NCBI GenBank assembly: GCA_051362555.1
Contig: CM120646.1
Location: 18,724,001-18,788,000 of the forward strand
Reading direction: 5' to 3'
Source of the DNA: Lingula anatina
Lineage: Eukaryota > Animalia > Brachiopoda
DNA: 64,000 bases
The translations under genes were made by a program, and so were the position numbers. This document shows positions 31,751 through 46,418 of the stretch, one piece after another. Positions within the stretch are counted from its first letter, which is position 1. Every line of letters starts with the position of its first letter. Under the pieces are notes generated by a model. The model saw nothing but the letters and a program-made list of their open reading frames with translations, searched no databases and was not told the origin of the DNA.

Positions 31751-33891
31751 TTAAACAGCAGTCTCACCCTTAAATAGAGCAGAACACGTATGTACTGCAA
31801 AAAATACGAACAATCCAACAACAGTGTGACATGACGTCAGTGAAGAAGCTGCAGATGCATGAGGCGTGGTGGGTGACGTCATCGGTGTGTGAGGTGTAGT
31901 TCCACCAGTTGCTATGAGCTGCATAATCTGGAACCACAGGGACGTGCGCTTTGGTAGTAAATTGATCCTTGCTTCGACAGGGTTCCCTATATCGACGTAT
32001 GATCCGTTGATGGACGTAAATGGAAGCCACCGGGCGGGTAATGATGCGGGCGTGTTTGGGTTTCTGAGACGAAAGGGAAAGGTTAATATTTAAAGATGAA
32101 AATTAAAAAAAAGAGAAAGAGAAGACAAGAGAAAAATTACCAACGTGCTATATATATATATTTATGACGTTTACAAACATGACGGTTTAAAAAGAACAAC
32201 GCCAACCTTACCCCGTCTTGGCAAAATTGCTCCAGTATCTCATAATGGCCGTAGACACCAGTCTCTCTGGTGGGGTGAAAGTAACATTAAACCGTCCCGT
32301 TGCCCCTTCACCAAGCATATAAAGTAGTTCATCGGCGTGATTGGCACCGATAAACCAATCTGGCGTGTCACGAATGACGTGCGGAAATGAAGGTTGCATA
32401 GTTAGGTAATATAGATGGCTGGAACCACGTGTTCTTGCTGGCAGAGACGCGTGAGATGCTAGCAGTTGAACAGTTGGTACGCCAAAGGCAGTGTCCGTAA
32501 ATATGTCCACTAAACTCATCGCGGTGGTGATGTTATCTGCACTGGCATTAAAGTACACATCAAGCAATTTCTCGGTGATAAAGTCTTTGAATTTCGAAGA
32601 TAAGTCCTTGGCAAATTCTGGGATAAAATTGCCCCGTAATAATCCTGGCGAAATGCCTTCCGATATGTCAAATGGCAACAGACGTAGACTGATTCCGCCG
32701 TCAGAATTCAGGAAACCTGCCATGAAGTCCAATGAAAGGAAATGCTGCATAACATCCGAAGCAGGTTTTTGCAACATTTGTGTCACGGGTGACGTGAACA
32801 TAACGCCATCTATCGTGGGTGTGAAGGCGTACGCCACCCCTTTGGGCAGGGAAACATTGCGGCTGGCGCTGATCAGTTTTTCAGCATCGACAGATTTCAG
32901 ACATGCAAGCAGGGGCATTTTGCTGGTAGTCGTACAGCCAAGGAGACGACCCAAATCCTGGGCAATTGAGTAGGAACCTGCCACCCACGACCATTGTGCT
33001 GTAGCCACGCCGCTTTGACAAATGACGCGCTGGAAGAGACCCCGAGAGGCCGTGGTGAGCGAAAGTTGGGAAGCACTCGCGCCACCTGCTGATTCACCGA
33101 ATATTGTTACCCTAGAGAGTATAATATAGTAGCACTGACTATTATGACTTTCAGACGACATTTTTTCGTGCGTTTCAATTATTCGTTGTGTAAAGATGTC
33201 GGTACTTTCAGCAAACCCGTCATTCAAGTGACAACTATATATGGAATAATTTGATTCAAATAACAAAAGCTCTCTATTTTGATTGGTTAAAAATACTCTA
33301 GGATATTTCTACATAAGTGAGACAAGCACCTTCGACCTCATGGAATATGGCTAAACGCAGGTCGATTTGACCCGAATTGCGACAGGAAACATGGGGTAAT
33401 TATAAACTTGTAGAAACTTCGACAATATATGTGTGTATTATTGTGTGCCACTTACATGTTGGGATTTCCTCCAAAATTTCCTATGTTGTCTTGTATCCAC
33501 ATTAAGGCCTGTATCTGATCCCACAGTCCTGCATTACCAGGAACTGTGGCATCTTCAAAACTGAGGAACCCCAGAGCTCCGAGGCGGTAGTTGATTGAAA
33601 CGACTATAACGTCACCTCGAGTGGCTGATAAAATTAAAAATCGTGAAGATTAACCGAAGACAATAATTATATTTCATATTTGGTAGCATTTAATATTATT
33701 CATGAAATGATAATTATATAATATAAAAATTTACATTGGGTATAGGAAACATTATAAAAATGATGGCTTGTGAATGGCAGGACAAAATCAAAAATAAAGT
33801 GAGATTTGCATTTAAAAGGTTTGCAAATTGACAAAGGTTGTTATCAAATTAAATTTTCACCCATAGGCATATTATCGCACTTAGGTCTCTA

Positions 33892-33923
<32 letters not shown>

Positions 33924-35976
33924 GCTTTCTGTGCATGCCTGGTTTTATGTATAATCTTTTTATTCAGACGTAAATTGTATTATAAAACTAACCAAAGTTT
34001 CTGAAGTCATATTCCGTGGACGCCCCGGACCTGTATGCGCCACCGTGGATCCATACCATCACTGCTTTCGTCACATTGCTATGACCGCTGTCGATGACGT
34101 CACCTGGGACGTAGATATTTAAAGTGAGGCAATCTTCGGACATCTGAAAACGGAGCAAATTTTGTGTTTTTGTAAATAGATTCTAATGTTTCCTGGAGTA
34201 GATAAAACTGAAAAATATTACAAATTAAGTTATTTTTCAGTGCTGAGTACATGAAAGAGGCTTTTACAAACTCTGTACTTTTATGCCCCCCCTTTATTTG
34301 GTAAAGGAGGGGACAGAATGTGCCACATGATAAAGTTCAACCCTTTCCATCAACCTATAACTACAATGTTTGTATGTCACAATCGTAGGTCATATTTACA
34401 GATAAGATTGATGTATAGTTCAACTATTGGATCAGAAACCTCCCCAGCCGTCCTCCCAGCAAACACAGAACGTTAGTATACCTTACCGTCTTCATTTGTA
34501 CAGATACATTGTGTATCTTTACATATAAAAAAAGCCACAATCTCTGTTTTATTGACGCTATATAATGCTCTCGATTGTTATTTTTTTCCATTGAGCAACC
34601 CCAGGTTTAACGTGTAAGGCTTCCTCTATGTATGTAGCCTTTCCTCCGGATAATATCGGATCACAGAACAGTCACACCGTACGTGCCAGACAATAAAGAG
34701 CAGATCTGCCTGTCGCTCGGTAGTGTAGTTTTTTGATAGTTCTTTAAATAATATATGACCCGCACATTTACGGATGACAAGTCAAATACAGTGTACCTGG
34801 CAAACGTGATTCCGATTAATTTTAAAAATACATAGACATGATTGAAAGAGACACAGGTAAAAATGACGCAAAATAAATACCAAGTTGTTTACATAACCAT
34901 GTATCAAGTAGACTGAAGGAGGACAAACAGTTTAATAAAAGAATTGCCAATACGGGATTTCAAGTGAACCTCACGTTAGACAGCTAGCTAGGGTTGCAAA
35001 TTGAAAAGAAAGGACCCTAATGTTATCCATAAGTCAGTCTGTCTGTCTGTCTGTCTGTCTATCATCTAAAATGTCAAAAACGGTGTTATTTCTTGTGCCG
35101 ATTATTTTTAAAAACTTTGATTCAGGTGAACCATGCCATGAATCAATGTTGTTTTTCAACTCATGTACTTTGATTATCGTCACGCAGGCTATGTTTGTAT
35201 GTACAGTGAGACGATGGAATAAAGTGACGATAACAACAGGGTCATAATATTATTCATCTAAACTTTGAACGTTCCCCGTAGAATCAGTTTTTCCTTGTAC
35301 ATAATCTTAACAATTAGATATAATGTGCGGATTTGTGCATGGCATATGATATAATGAATGTTTCAATAGCAAGGGATCTTTTCCCCCACCTTCCCATTCT
35401 TCCGAAATGTTTCTGGCCCAGATTCTCTTTGCACGTCGGCTTGTAATCAGATAAAACGGACATTCATGAAAGTGTAATTACTGATATCGAACAAAACTGA
35501 AAGTTGTATTTTCACCACGGTTGTTTTGAGACCTAAAGTATATACCAACCAACTTATACGTGACCAGTCAACCCGCCAGCACATACCACCACTCGTCTTA
35601 GATTGTCATACGGTTTCCCACCCTGCGGAGGGCGCTTGTTTGGAAACCCATCCCGGCTGGATATATTGCAATACCCACCTACCTTAGGCGACACTGGGGA
35701 CGCCGACATACAGGTGTCTCCAAACTCGGTGGCATTCCTGACACCTGTCCAGTTTAGGGCGGGCAGTGGATTCTTAAACCGGAGCTCGCCTACGGGGGGC
35801 TTGGCATATGGAATACCCAGAAACAGGTGCACTGGTTTCCCGCCAATCATCTCCCTGATCCCACTCAAGGTACCATTCGTGGTGTTAACCAGCCCCTGGC
35901 TGCTAACTTGCCTGTATAGAAACGTTGTTAGAATACAAAACGTTAGGGTAAGGCTTGTTACGTGTCTGCCCTTCAT
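31751..35976 (-). CDS. Carboxylesterase type B copy 4, 5 exons, intact, most divergent paralogue
   Basis: [16 protein letters not shown] signal; [11 protein letters not shown]; WIHGGAY; GNAGLWDQ; GESAGG; GFLNSDG; GANHADE; last exon 31751-32063 NPNTPAS...[24 protein letters not shown]. Confidence 0.9.
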
Positions 35977-36551
35977 TTCTATTGCCCGTACTGTGAAATC
36001 AGCAAGTCGTTTTGCGCGGGATGACAGTGAGTGATATAGACTTTGACATACCCTATCATAACGTATGTCAAAAGGTGAGTGCAGAGTTCAATAGATAAGA
36101 TTTCTCCCTGCGGTGCGGTGTTAACAGTACAATCCCAGCTGCGATGAATTCAGTTATAATAAGGCCTTTTTTCAAATCAATTTAACAGCGATTTCAAAGA
36201 TTTTAAAAACAATTCTAGGATGTAGGTACACGTAGGCACTTGAATTTGTTAAATTTTACCTATTCAATTTATGTGTATGCATGGAGATTAAAGTCATAAC
36301 CCCTAAAAGCACAAGAGCGCTCAGTGAGCACCTTATAGGCGTATAGAGTGCTTTATTTTTCAGTACCTTTTCATTGAAAAAGAGTTGTAATTTTTTTCAT
36401 TATATTACAATCCATTTCAAACAAGACTTGTTTTAATGGAATGTTATCAGAAACATGGTGGCAAAGACAGCGCAATTATCCTTATATATACATGTATTCT
36501 ATCAACAATAAAACGCCATTCCACAAGAAAATGTTATGTTGGACTCTATCC

Positions 36552-36760
36552 CAGGCCTACCCAACTTCCAGACTCGGCACATAAGGATCCTGAATTAATC
36601 AAAACAAATTTTGTAGGACGACCGCGGGCTCATCCTGTCGGTGTTCTGACTGGTACTCCGAAATGCGATCTGACACACACCTTGAAAACGGGTAGTGTGG
36701 TCCGATATACTGGTTGATTCAGGATCCTTATGTGCCGAGTCTGGCAGTTGGGTAGGCCTG
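36552..36760. mobile_element. ~210 bp MITE with ~50 bp TIRs
   Basis: CAGGCCTACCCAACTTCCAGACTCGGCACATAAGGATCCTGAAT ... ATTCAGGATCCTTATGTGCCGAGTCTGGCAGTTGGGTAGGCCTG. Confidence 0.8.
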
Positions 36761-37396
36761 TATCCGCAGAAGGTCAGATAGCTTTTGGTTCCCAGCAGTG
36801 TCAATCAAGACGATGATTATCGTACAATTTGCACCATGGACTGGCCTCACAACAGGACTTGATATCGGACGTTGGTCTTAACTGGAAACTCACTCTTTTC
36901 AGCCCATTTTGACCACGAACTGTGTCAATTGTTGTTTACTCAAATGGAATATTGCGCCTGTCCTACATGTGTGTATAGCAAACAAAGACATGGGCTGATA
37001 TCGCAGATCAAGAGTTACATAATTTTTACAGGACTACCGAAGAAGACAAAATTTTCAAATCTAAAAGTTAAGAGCAACTTTTAGTCTTTTGTTCTTTTGT
37101 TTTCCTGTTATATTGTGTTAGATCACCTTTGGGGTAAAACTGTCTCGTGAAACAGTCCCCACGTCCAAATTTGGTTATCCATGTAGAGCTTACACTGACC
37201 ACTTACATATTATGACAGAAAAAAAGCTATTTATGCTAATGTTATAAACTCAAAGAGTATAAAACACTACTTTACAGACATAAACGACACTTCCTTTTTT
37301 ACAGGTAAATAACAAAACACTATACGGCATTTTAAAATTATGCAAAATAGAGGTCACTCTGATTCACTGAAAAGATCAGTCAACAATGGAGTGCAT

Positions 37397-40300
37397 TTAA
37401 GGAAATGATATCAATGTGTTCAGCAAGATAAGAGCAACAAGCATAGTGCTAATTAGGTCCAGATTCCCATCACTGGCCACTGGCGTGGTAGGCGGAGCGG
37501 AAGTGGTCGGTTTGGCGATTATGGCAGGGACGGTGTCTAACCAGAGGTCAATACGCTCTGGTATGACGTCAGTTTCATTGAGTATGACGTCACCGATGTC
37601 TAGATACGCCTCATCCGCATGCGTATAGCCTGGCCACGGGCTTGGGACTGCATCAGGGGTGTTAGGATTTCTGTAAAGGTACAAAAATTAACTATGATAA
37701 TTATTAATAATAATAATAATGGAAGATACTCATGTAATTACTGAGATTATAATAGCCTACCATTTTTTCTCACTGCGAATGTATATACTTCGTCTCTTGC
37801 CTGTAAATTTGGCTCATATACCTAAATTTGGTGACGTCACTTAACCTCGAATATACATGTTTAATTCAATAATGATAAAGTTATCTACAACGTATAGTTT
37901 GAAGGTTAAGCGTTGACACGTGCATTCAGACTTACCCAGTCTTTGCAAAATTCGCAAAGTAGGTCATAAAGGCTCTGGAAATATTCTTTTCTGCCTCGGT
38001 GAAATTAATATTGTTTATCAAAACATCAACTTCTAAGCCCAACATAAAGAGGAGATCGTCCCCGTGGTTTGCTCCCTCAAACCAGGCAGGTACAGGTACC
38101 AAATGCGGGAACGAGGGTTCCTTGGTGAAATAGAAAAGATAGGTGAAGCCACCTGGTGCCATGAGATGATATCTGAGGAAGCCAACTGTAGACACAGCAA
38201 AAAGGGTATCGGTGTAGTAGTTGACCATCAGACGTCCAGTCTCTGCCATGTCGGCACTTGCGTCGTAATAAAGTCCTCTAAGTCTCCGTGCTATTTCATC
38301 TTGGTGGTAGGAGGACACCTCCGCTGCAAACTGAGGGATTAAGGTATCCTTCATATAACTGGGCTGAACGCCAAGGGTGGTGTTAAAGGGTAGCACAAGA
38401 AGGTAGACTCCTGCATCAGAGTTCGTGAATCCGCCCATGTAGTCCAGAGACAAGAAGTTTCTCACCACGTCCGAGTTGCTATCCTTCAGCATTTCCAACA
38501 CAGTTAGAGGAAACATGTCGCCATCAACGACAGGACCAAATGGTGTTGTAACATGCCTAGGGAACACTTCCCGAGCTGACGCTTTGAGCAGGGCGGTCGC
38601 ATTGGCGTCGCGGAGACAAGCTGCCAACTTTGCCTTTTCTGAGGCTGCAGCATTACACCCAAGATTCTGTCCAACTTTGGTAGCAATATCGGCACCGTCT
38701 TTCACCCAGGCCGACTCGGTCAGCGCAGTGCCACTCATGGATATAAAGCGACGGAAGAGACCTCTAGCGGCTAATGTCATGGCTAATTGTGAGACACAAC
38801 TGCCACCTGCCGACTCACCGAAGATGGTCACACTTGAAATGACAATTTTGATATATGCTACAAGTGGACAACTATTACATAAAACTGTGTTAAACATTAA
38901 ACTCATCACTACTGGCAAATATTTCAAAGAATTTAACGAAGACATACAGTAAAACCCAATTAGTGGATCGAAAGTGAATTAGAACACACGTTACTTTGCC
39001 GACTCTTACTTCTCTTATTTGAAAACGCTTTTTGTATTTTTGGCGCTGAACAGCTTACCGGTTATATTTATATCAGTTTTCATTGATTTGAATTTGCTTA
39101 CCTTTTGAGACAAGTATTAAAAACATTTTAATTTTCTTAAAAAACCAAAACAGTAGCTATAATCAGAATGTTTTTTTATATGCATTAATCTAGATAATAT
39201 GTCCAAAAATGTGCCTACCATATAGAACCTGACGACATTGGTGCAGATAAAAAGTGTCTACCATTGACAGTTATTAAGCACTTACTTATTAGGGTCTCCG
39301 CCAAAGTTTTCTATGTTATCTCTCACCCACTTCAGTCCCTCTATTTGATCCCAGAGTCCAGCGTTACCAGGCGTGTTGACGTCACCAGTGGTCAAGAATC
39401 CAAATGCACCCAAGCGGTAGTTGACTGATACTACGATGACGTCACCTTGAATAGCTGAAAAGGAGGACCCAGTGCAGGTTTAAGAAAAATATTAAGACGG
39501 GTTGATTTTGCGTGGTGTGGTGCTGCATAACAAGAGACGCCTGGGCTCCGTATCTCGAAAGGTTCGCTATGTTGCGCACGAGCGTTAGTGTCTCGATTCC
39601 ATAACCGATTCTATTTCGAGATACGGGGCCATGGAATCGAGACACTAACGCACGTGCGCAACATAGCGAACCTTTCGAGATACGGAGCCCTGGTTTCACA
39701 TTCACAGAGTTTGAGCCAATAGAGGCTTTTCCACGGTCACGTGACTTCCGCTAAATTATCCGTGGGAACGCGAGATTTTGCGGGATTTGAAGTTTCAGGG
39801 GGAAAGTGTGGAGTGTACACGACGGACGCCATATCGAGGAGTGCTCATTTCAATCTGAATTTTCAAAGTTTCGTAACATGTTTGCACCTGATTTTTTTCG
39901 AAAACACATTCATGGGAGCAGTTGGAATAGAAAATTAGCAGAAGTACCTGATGACTTTTCAATGAAAGAACTAAAAACGTACCTAATCGACAGCAAAGAT
40001 AGGACATTCGGTACTTTTGTAGTATATCCCCCCCCCCCACCCTGTAACTTTCTGAATCCTTCATTTTTCAAACATTTTTTTTACAGTGTCTTTTGCACCT
40101 ATGTCAAAGCTGTTGAAATAAAATGTTTTTGTAATTACCTGTGGTCTTTTTATTAGTTTTAATCACGTTTAATCCACCCCATTGAAATACAATGTGAAAA
40201 TTTACAATGTAACCGCAGCTTGCTGCGTTTTCGTTGGCTAACTCTACCTTATTTTATGTGAACATAGGATTGATACATTGTATACTTAGATTTCCTCTGT

Positions 40301-41728
40301 GAAATTATTATGAGCTACTTGTTCACATAAAATTAGCTTAGAGTTAGCCAACGAAAATGCTGCAAATTATTGACTGCGGGTGTAAATTGAAGATTCTAAC
40401 TTTATATTTCAATGGGCTGGATTAAACGTGATTAACACTAATAAAAAGTCCACAGGTAATTACAAAAGCATTTTATTTCAACAGCTTTGATATAGATAAA
40501 CATTAAAATGTAAAAAACTGTTTGAAAAGTGAAAGTTACAAAAAGTTACAGGGTGGGGGTGGGGGGGGTATACTACAAAAGTACCGTAGGCCCCTTCTAC
40601 TCTTTCCCCCTGAGAAACAGTCCCGCACAAAATGGCGCGAACTGCGCATGCTCACGATTTCGTGGAAAAGACTCTATTAGTCACGCTAACCCTTTAAGTT
40701 ATAGAAATGTAACGGAAGACGGGTACCCTGTTACAAAAACCCTGAGTTCGCTGTCGTTTCTCGACACGGTCACAGTGACCCTTACCGAATTCATGAAAAT
40801 GGTACACGTTGGTCCCTCCGTTCATGAAGCCGCCGCCATGAATCCACACCATCACAGCCTTCCTGGTCGTGTTGCTCAAGGTGCCAGGAACGAACACGTT
40901 CAGGGTCAGGCAGTCCTCGGACATCTAGTGAAGAAATAGTCAGTGAATGCTCTGATTTATCCTGTGGTGTAATATTATATAGCAAGATTAAAAAACCAAT
41001 ACTGGGCTTATGAAATCATAAAATCATAATTTCAACAACAATTCAATGTTGCGATCGGTACCACTGATGTACAACAATTGCCGCATTTCCAACAGCGGAC
41101 TGTCTAGTCCGCGGATCAAATATGACCGACCCACTTGAATGCTTGTTCCGTAATTCCCACGGGGTATCTATTCACTGTCTATTAGGAAATTAGCTTTTAA
41201 GTGGACTAACTGGTCCGCGGATCAAATATGGCCGAGCCCACTTGAAAGCGATGCCGCATATCTCCCTAATGGTCTCCCATGGAAACAAACTAAATAAAGG
41301 TCCGTGGCCAGGGGGGTTTGGGGGTTCAAAAGACCCCCCCCCCTTTTTGCCGCTAAGTAAATTTATCTAGGTACGAGAAGATTTCATTGTAAAAGGTCCA
41401 CTTTTTCAGTAAAAAGCCCCCCTCCCGCGCTTTTTGAAATTGCTACGGACCTGAAGGTATTGGGAACCTCAGAGATAACGTTGACCAACGCGAAAGAAAA
41501 CGCTTGACCGCAGGCTATGGACCGGAAAATACCAAGAATCTGCAAGAATCTTTATTGCTACTGAAATTACGTGTAAGAAACTTATATAAAGGTGGTAAAA
41601 CATGGTGTATCGACACTGTTCATTGCGAGAATCACATACCATATCCATGTGATCTATATAAAGGCAGTATCTTTGCAATAAATAGATCCATGTTTGACAA
41701 AGTACACTTCTTTTCCCTCCATAAGATC

Positions 41729-41768
<40 letters not shown>

Positions 41769-42123
41769 CACACACACTTTCATTCAACCAAGCAATCATC
41801 CATTCTTCCCTCCTGCCCTTAATAATTACCTGAGTACCATGAGAAATTAACATTTCCTCCTGCATACACACTGCGCCATAGGCAGTCGTGTTCCTAATGC
41901 CAGTCCAGTTGGATACAGGCTGGGGTTTCATAAATCTGAGGCTTCCTACAGGTGGGTCACCGAAAGGAATACCAAGAAACAGATTGACAGGCTGTCCCTG
42001 GACTGTTTCCACAATTCCCTGTATTACACCATTCTTCGTGGTCACTTGGGGCTGGGATGACAGGAGAGAATTAAAGTATAATGCTAAGAATGCATTAACC
42101 GACTTCAAAAATGCTATCGCCAT
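37397..42123 (-). CDS. Carboxylesterase type B copy 5, 5 exons, intact
   Basis: [17 protein letters not shown] signal; [11 protein letters not shown]; WIHGGGF; GNAGLWDQ; GESAGG; GFTNSDA; GANHGDD; tail ...[27 protein letters not shown]. Confidence 0.92.
39541..39693. mobile_element. Palindromic MITE in an esterase 5 intron
   Basis: GGGCTCCGTATCTCGAAAGGTTCGCTATGTTGCGCACG ... CGTGCGCAACATAGCGAACCTTTCGAGATACGGAGCCC. Confidence 0.8.
39718..40678. mobile_element. ~960 bp foldback-like non-autonomous DNA element
   Basis: Ends AATAGAGGCTTTTCCACG ... CGTGGAAAAGACTCTATT; long internal inverted arms ~40009-40265 versus ~40320-40586. Confidence 0.7.
41297..41453. mobile_element. MITE family A, copy 3
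   Basis: AGGTCCGTGGCCAG ... GCTACGGACCTG; internal similarity to the copies at 13449 and 6279. Confidence 0.65.
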
Positions 42124-44156
42124 ATTACTGCGCTGTTCCGTTAGCGATAAGTTCTGTGTACTTAAACACTTGAATTACAAAACAAACATTTAGTGAAGAG
42201 CGTATTCTTCTCCTGCCATATTAAACAGGTGAATCAACTTAAGAATTCTTACCTCCACTAAGGAGGCTATTTTTTTTTTTTTTTTTTTTTTTGCCTTTGT
42301 TGGTTTGTTGGATAACTGCAAAACTCAAAACAATAAAAAGTTACGGACGGATATGGGTTTAATTAGGAAACTCATTATAAAGGATAAGGCCATCAAGAAA
42401 AGTTAGTACCGATTGATCTTTTCTCTCTTTTCAATTGAGATTAACGCATTAATACTAGAGTTTAAGGAGGCATAAAAAGGTTCATGCACTGATGTTAAGG
42501 CTAATCATCATATTCCATAAGCCTCGTTATCAGTTATTGCGTTTAATAATAAACAGAAAAATGTACACACATAGCACTGGTTGAAAACTACGAATATGTG
42601 CGCAACAAACACAATTAGAGCCGCGGCTGGAAGATGGACGATCTGTTCCTTGCGATTACCGTTACAGTCTTACCTTCGGTGAATCCTTCGGGTCGAAGTG
42701 GGAGGGGCACAAATCTGCCATTTTTGTTTCCAACGCCTAATATAATTGTTTTTACTTGATAATCGAGAGATCAAAGTGACGGAAGCGCGTGGATTGTAGG
42801 GTTTATATAAAAAATGTAGTTGAAAATACGCTGAGTAATGCTCTCCATACAGTAAAGAAAAGAATTAAATCACTTCCAAACTATCCAATATCAGATACGC
42901 CTGGGTATCAAATAGGGCATGGAAGTCCTCTCCGCTATGCAAAACTGAGATGGAGGTAAACAATTAAATGATACATAAAGCTGTTGATTGAAGAAATTTT
43001 CTTAAATCTTATAGTATTACACAGCTGGTGCAATGCGTCTCATAGCAGAAGTACCGTATACATGGCGTGCCTGTTGATGTAAAGGACCTAGTGCGCACCT
43101 GCACTGCGCCCCTGGTGGCACCACCCCCACCCCCCTCCTCCCCGGACTGTTTTCAAATATAATTTGATCAAAGATGAATCGAGCGTCATTATATCATTAT
43201 GAGCGATAAAACAAAAATCACACTTACATGATTCTTTTCAAATGTTTTACCCGCTATTATGCCTTTCTGTTTTCGTTGAAATTTTTGAACAGCAATTAAT
43301 GAAGCAATCTCGCCAAGTTTTTGTTTAAGATCAAACTAAACGCTATTCATAATTTTGTTTGGAATTAGGTACCTTTTGTTCATTTTGTTTTATAGAGATT
43401 GCTGCGGGTAGGTAGTGCTGACAGAGGAAAACATGCTATACTAAAAAATTGTACAGAATGCTTATTAAAAATGTTCTAAGAATAAAATATTTATTTGTAA
43501 TTCACTTAACTCAAGGCTGCCACCTTGACCATACAAACCTCCCGCCCATGGATGACTACTGCAACGGTCTATTCAGAAACGCCGTACTTTATGAAAACCA
43601 TGGGATCAAAACGGGAACTGTAGCCACAATCACCTAGGCCTACAGACTTTGAGTATTTGCAAGTTTATGTTCAGAAGCGGGAAAAGAAATATCATTACAA
43701 ACTACCTTGGAAATTTTGCATCTTATATTTTTTATTTAACATGGTTTTAATCGACCAGTACAATGCACCGGTACTACCGAAATACAATATAGTGATACAG
43801 GTATACCAAGTATATCTTGCAGTAGCACTGCTGTCGTTCATTGTGGTAAATTTATTCAACTGTTATTCTTAGTGTGATTGAGAACGAGCTCTGAATATAT
43901 ATCTATCCTCACGAAGACCAAAGTGCAGCGGCGGTAAAGAACATGATCCAAATGTATCCTTTTCTTTATAGATTATATCTTTGACCTGACCAAGTATGTC
44001 ATTATTTGAATTTTACACAATAGATTTGACTATGATTCTGGAAGTTCATTATTATGTTGTGTTTCATTACAATATTATATCGTAATTATAATATTACTGC
44101 CAAACTCGTAATACAGTGCATGGTGTCCGTTGCTATGGGGGCAGAAATGGAACCAT

Positions 44157-44952
44157 TTATTTTCCGGTAGGGTACAAGTATATCGAGCAATACGGGGTTT
44201 GGCTTTCTGGTTTCATACAAAAACCAAAGCATCCGGTGCCAGGGTAGGCAACACAATGACAGTCGTCATCGCTATCACAAGGCGGTTGGGATCCTGTTTG
44301 AATAGAACAATGACCACTTATTTTTGAGTTCAATATTACTAAGTCACATAGACTTGTAAAGATTCCTTTGTCTATAGTTATATACTTATATTTGTCTGGT
44401 CTTACCAGCCAATATTTCGTCACACCTATCACAACCTCATTCCCTGATGAAGTCTGGCGGCAAGCAGACGAAATATTGGCTGGTAAGTCCAGACAAATAT
44501 AAGTAGCTGTAGACAAAAGAATCTTCACAAGTCCATTACAATAACACAGCTCATGCAACTGTTATACACTGCAAAGTCACATGTCACTTCTGAAGATTAT
44601 TATAACTTTTTGATTTAAAGCAGTATCTGTAGATATTTAAAACGTACAAATTAATATAATATAATATAATATAATATAATATAATATAATATAAATCTGA
44701 CTACATTTGTGAGTGTATGGTGCATTTAAGCTACAGTCAGCGAAGGTTGCTCAAGGTTCTCAAAAACAAGAAAAAATGGAATACGCTCGGTTATTATTGT
44801 CACTTTTATTAGTTGAGAATATATTCTGAAATCTTTAACTCAAGTCGAGAGCAATTAATACCGTAATCAGGTAAATAGATCTAATTAAACCTACCTTCCA
44901 CTGTTTCGCAAAGCATTACCACGGATATCAAAAACAACAAAATGATCTTCAT
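44157..44952 (-). CDS. Small secreted 6-Cys peptide precursor, copy 1 (64 aa)
   Basis: Exon 44895-44952 MKIILLFLISVVMLCETVE-G|gtagg plus exon 44157-44293 (ttcaaacag|GA) gives MKIILLFLISVVMLCETVEG-SQPPCDSDDDCHCVAYPGTGCFGFCMKPESQTPYCSIYLYPTGK*; 58+137 nt, phase-1 intron. Confidence 0.85.
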
Positions 44953-46250
44953 TCTTGTCGCTAGTGAACAATTTAACCGAATCGTTAAACTCAAACTGCT
45001 CCGTTCAAGATAAAGAACTAACTAACGCACCTATCGTTACGTTCATATATTACGTCTCTCATGGAAAAACGATTAGATTGTATGTCCTTACCTCATTTGT
45101 TAGGAAGGACCAGTATGTTTAGTAAAAAAGAACGGAATTACATGAGAAACAAATGCGGCACGTAGATACCTCGGTTTCCGCCATTTCCATGATTGAGCTT
45201 GAGCAAAAATATATTGTACATTAGATTGCTTGGCTTTGCATCTTCAAGTTCTGATCCTTGTTTAAATGTGCTTTAAAACGATCTCGAGCTGAACGTTATA
45301 ATGATAAAATGGTTTTGCAGTCGTGGAAGAGAAAAAAAAAACAATGACGAAAATCAATTGTCTGGCGTATTTTCTCTTCACAACTGCTTTAGGTACGATC
45401 CGCTGACTTGTGCTGTTGTCTTTCCCCTTGTATACCTTGTATGTCGTTCAGAAATCCTAAGGCGAACGTAGCTGCCAGATCACGTTCGACAAAATAGTGA
45501 CCCAACAAGTTACGTTATATAACGTAACTTACTGTAACTGTATAATATCCATTAATGCAAAATGGGTGACTAGGCGGTGACAAAAAACCTATTACAATGA
45601 ATATTTGTCGTGGAAGCAGCTAATTCAATTGGTTAATTATGTAAGAAGAAATATACAATTTGCTCTGGTGCCCCCCTTCCTCCCAAGACTGTTTTCAAAT
45701 ATAATTTGTTCAAAGATGAACCGAACGCCATTATATCATTAGGAGCGATAAAACAAAAATCACACTTACATGATTCTTTTCAAATGTTTTGCCCGCTATT
45801 ATGCCTTTCTGTTTTCGTTGAAAAAATTTGAACAACAATTTATAAAGCAAACTCGACATGTTTTTGTTTGACATAAAACTAGACGCTACTCATAATTTTG
45901 TTTGAAATTTGCTACTTTTCTTCATTTTGTTTTATAGAGATTGCTGCGGGTAGGTAGTGCAGACAGATTAAGTTGGCGCAGAGAGAAAATATGACATAAT
46001 AGCAATAAAATTGTTCAGGTGCTGACATTGAAACATTAGTTATTTAAAATGCTTTGCACATAAAATATCAATTTGTCATTCACTTAACTCTACCTTAATA
46101 CTTTTTTAAATTTTTTACAGTATTCATGTCATTTACTATAACGTTTCAGAGACGGATATATTTGATCATTTTGCTGTGCATGGAAGTTATACATAGGTTA
46201 TAGCCACGTGGTCCAAAATTAGGGGTCTTTTGTGAAGTGTGAAAATAATT

Positions 46251-46418
46251 CAGCGGCGGATTTAGGGCGTCTTCTGGGTCTTCCGGAAGACGGTCATATT
46301 TTCAAGTTTACTTTGACGGGTATCTATTTTTTTGTTTTGGTAGACGGTCAGAAATTAGAAACGGATCAACAAAGATAATTAGGAAGACTGTCAGAAAATA
46401 TCTCTGGATCCGCCCCTG
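46251..46418. mobile_element. Short MITE (CAGCGGCGGAT ... ATCCGCCCCTG)
   Basis: Imperfect terminal inverted repeats with internal GAAGACGGTCA repeats. Confidence 0.5.

Noticed and set aside
44294-44558. N-terminal part of the 133-aa ORF and a 7-Cys version of the peptide
   Set aside because: This stretch is intronic and partly missing in copy 2; the ttcaaacag acceptor matches the phase-1 donor of the signal exon and gives an even six Cys.
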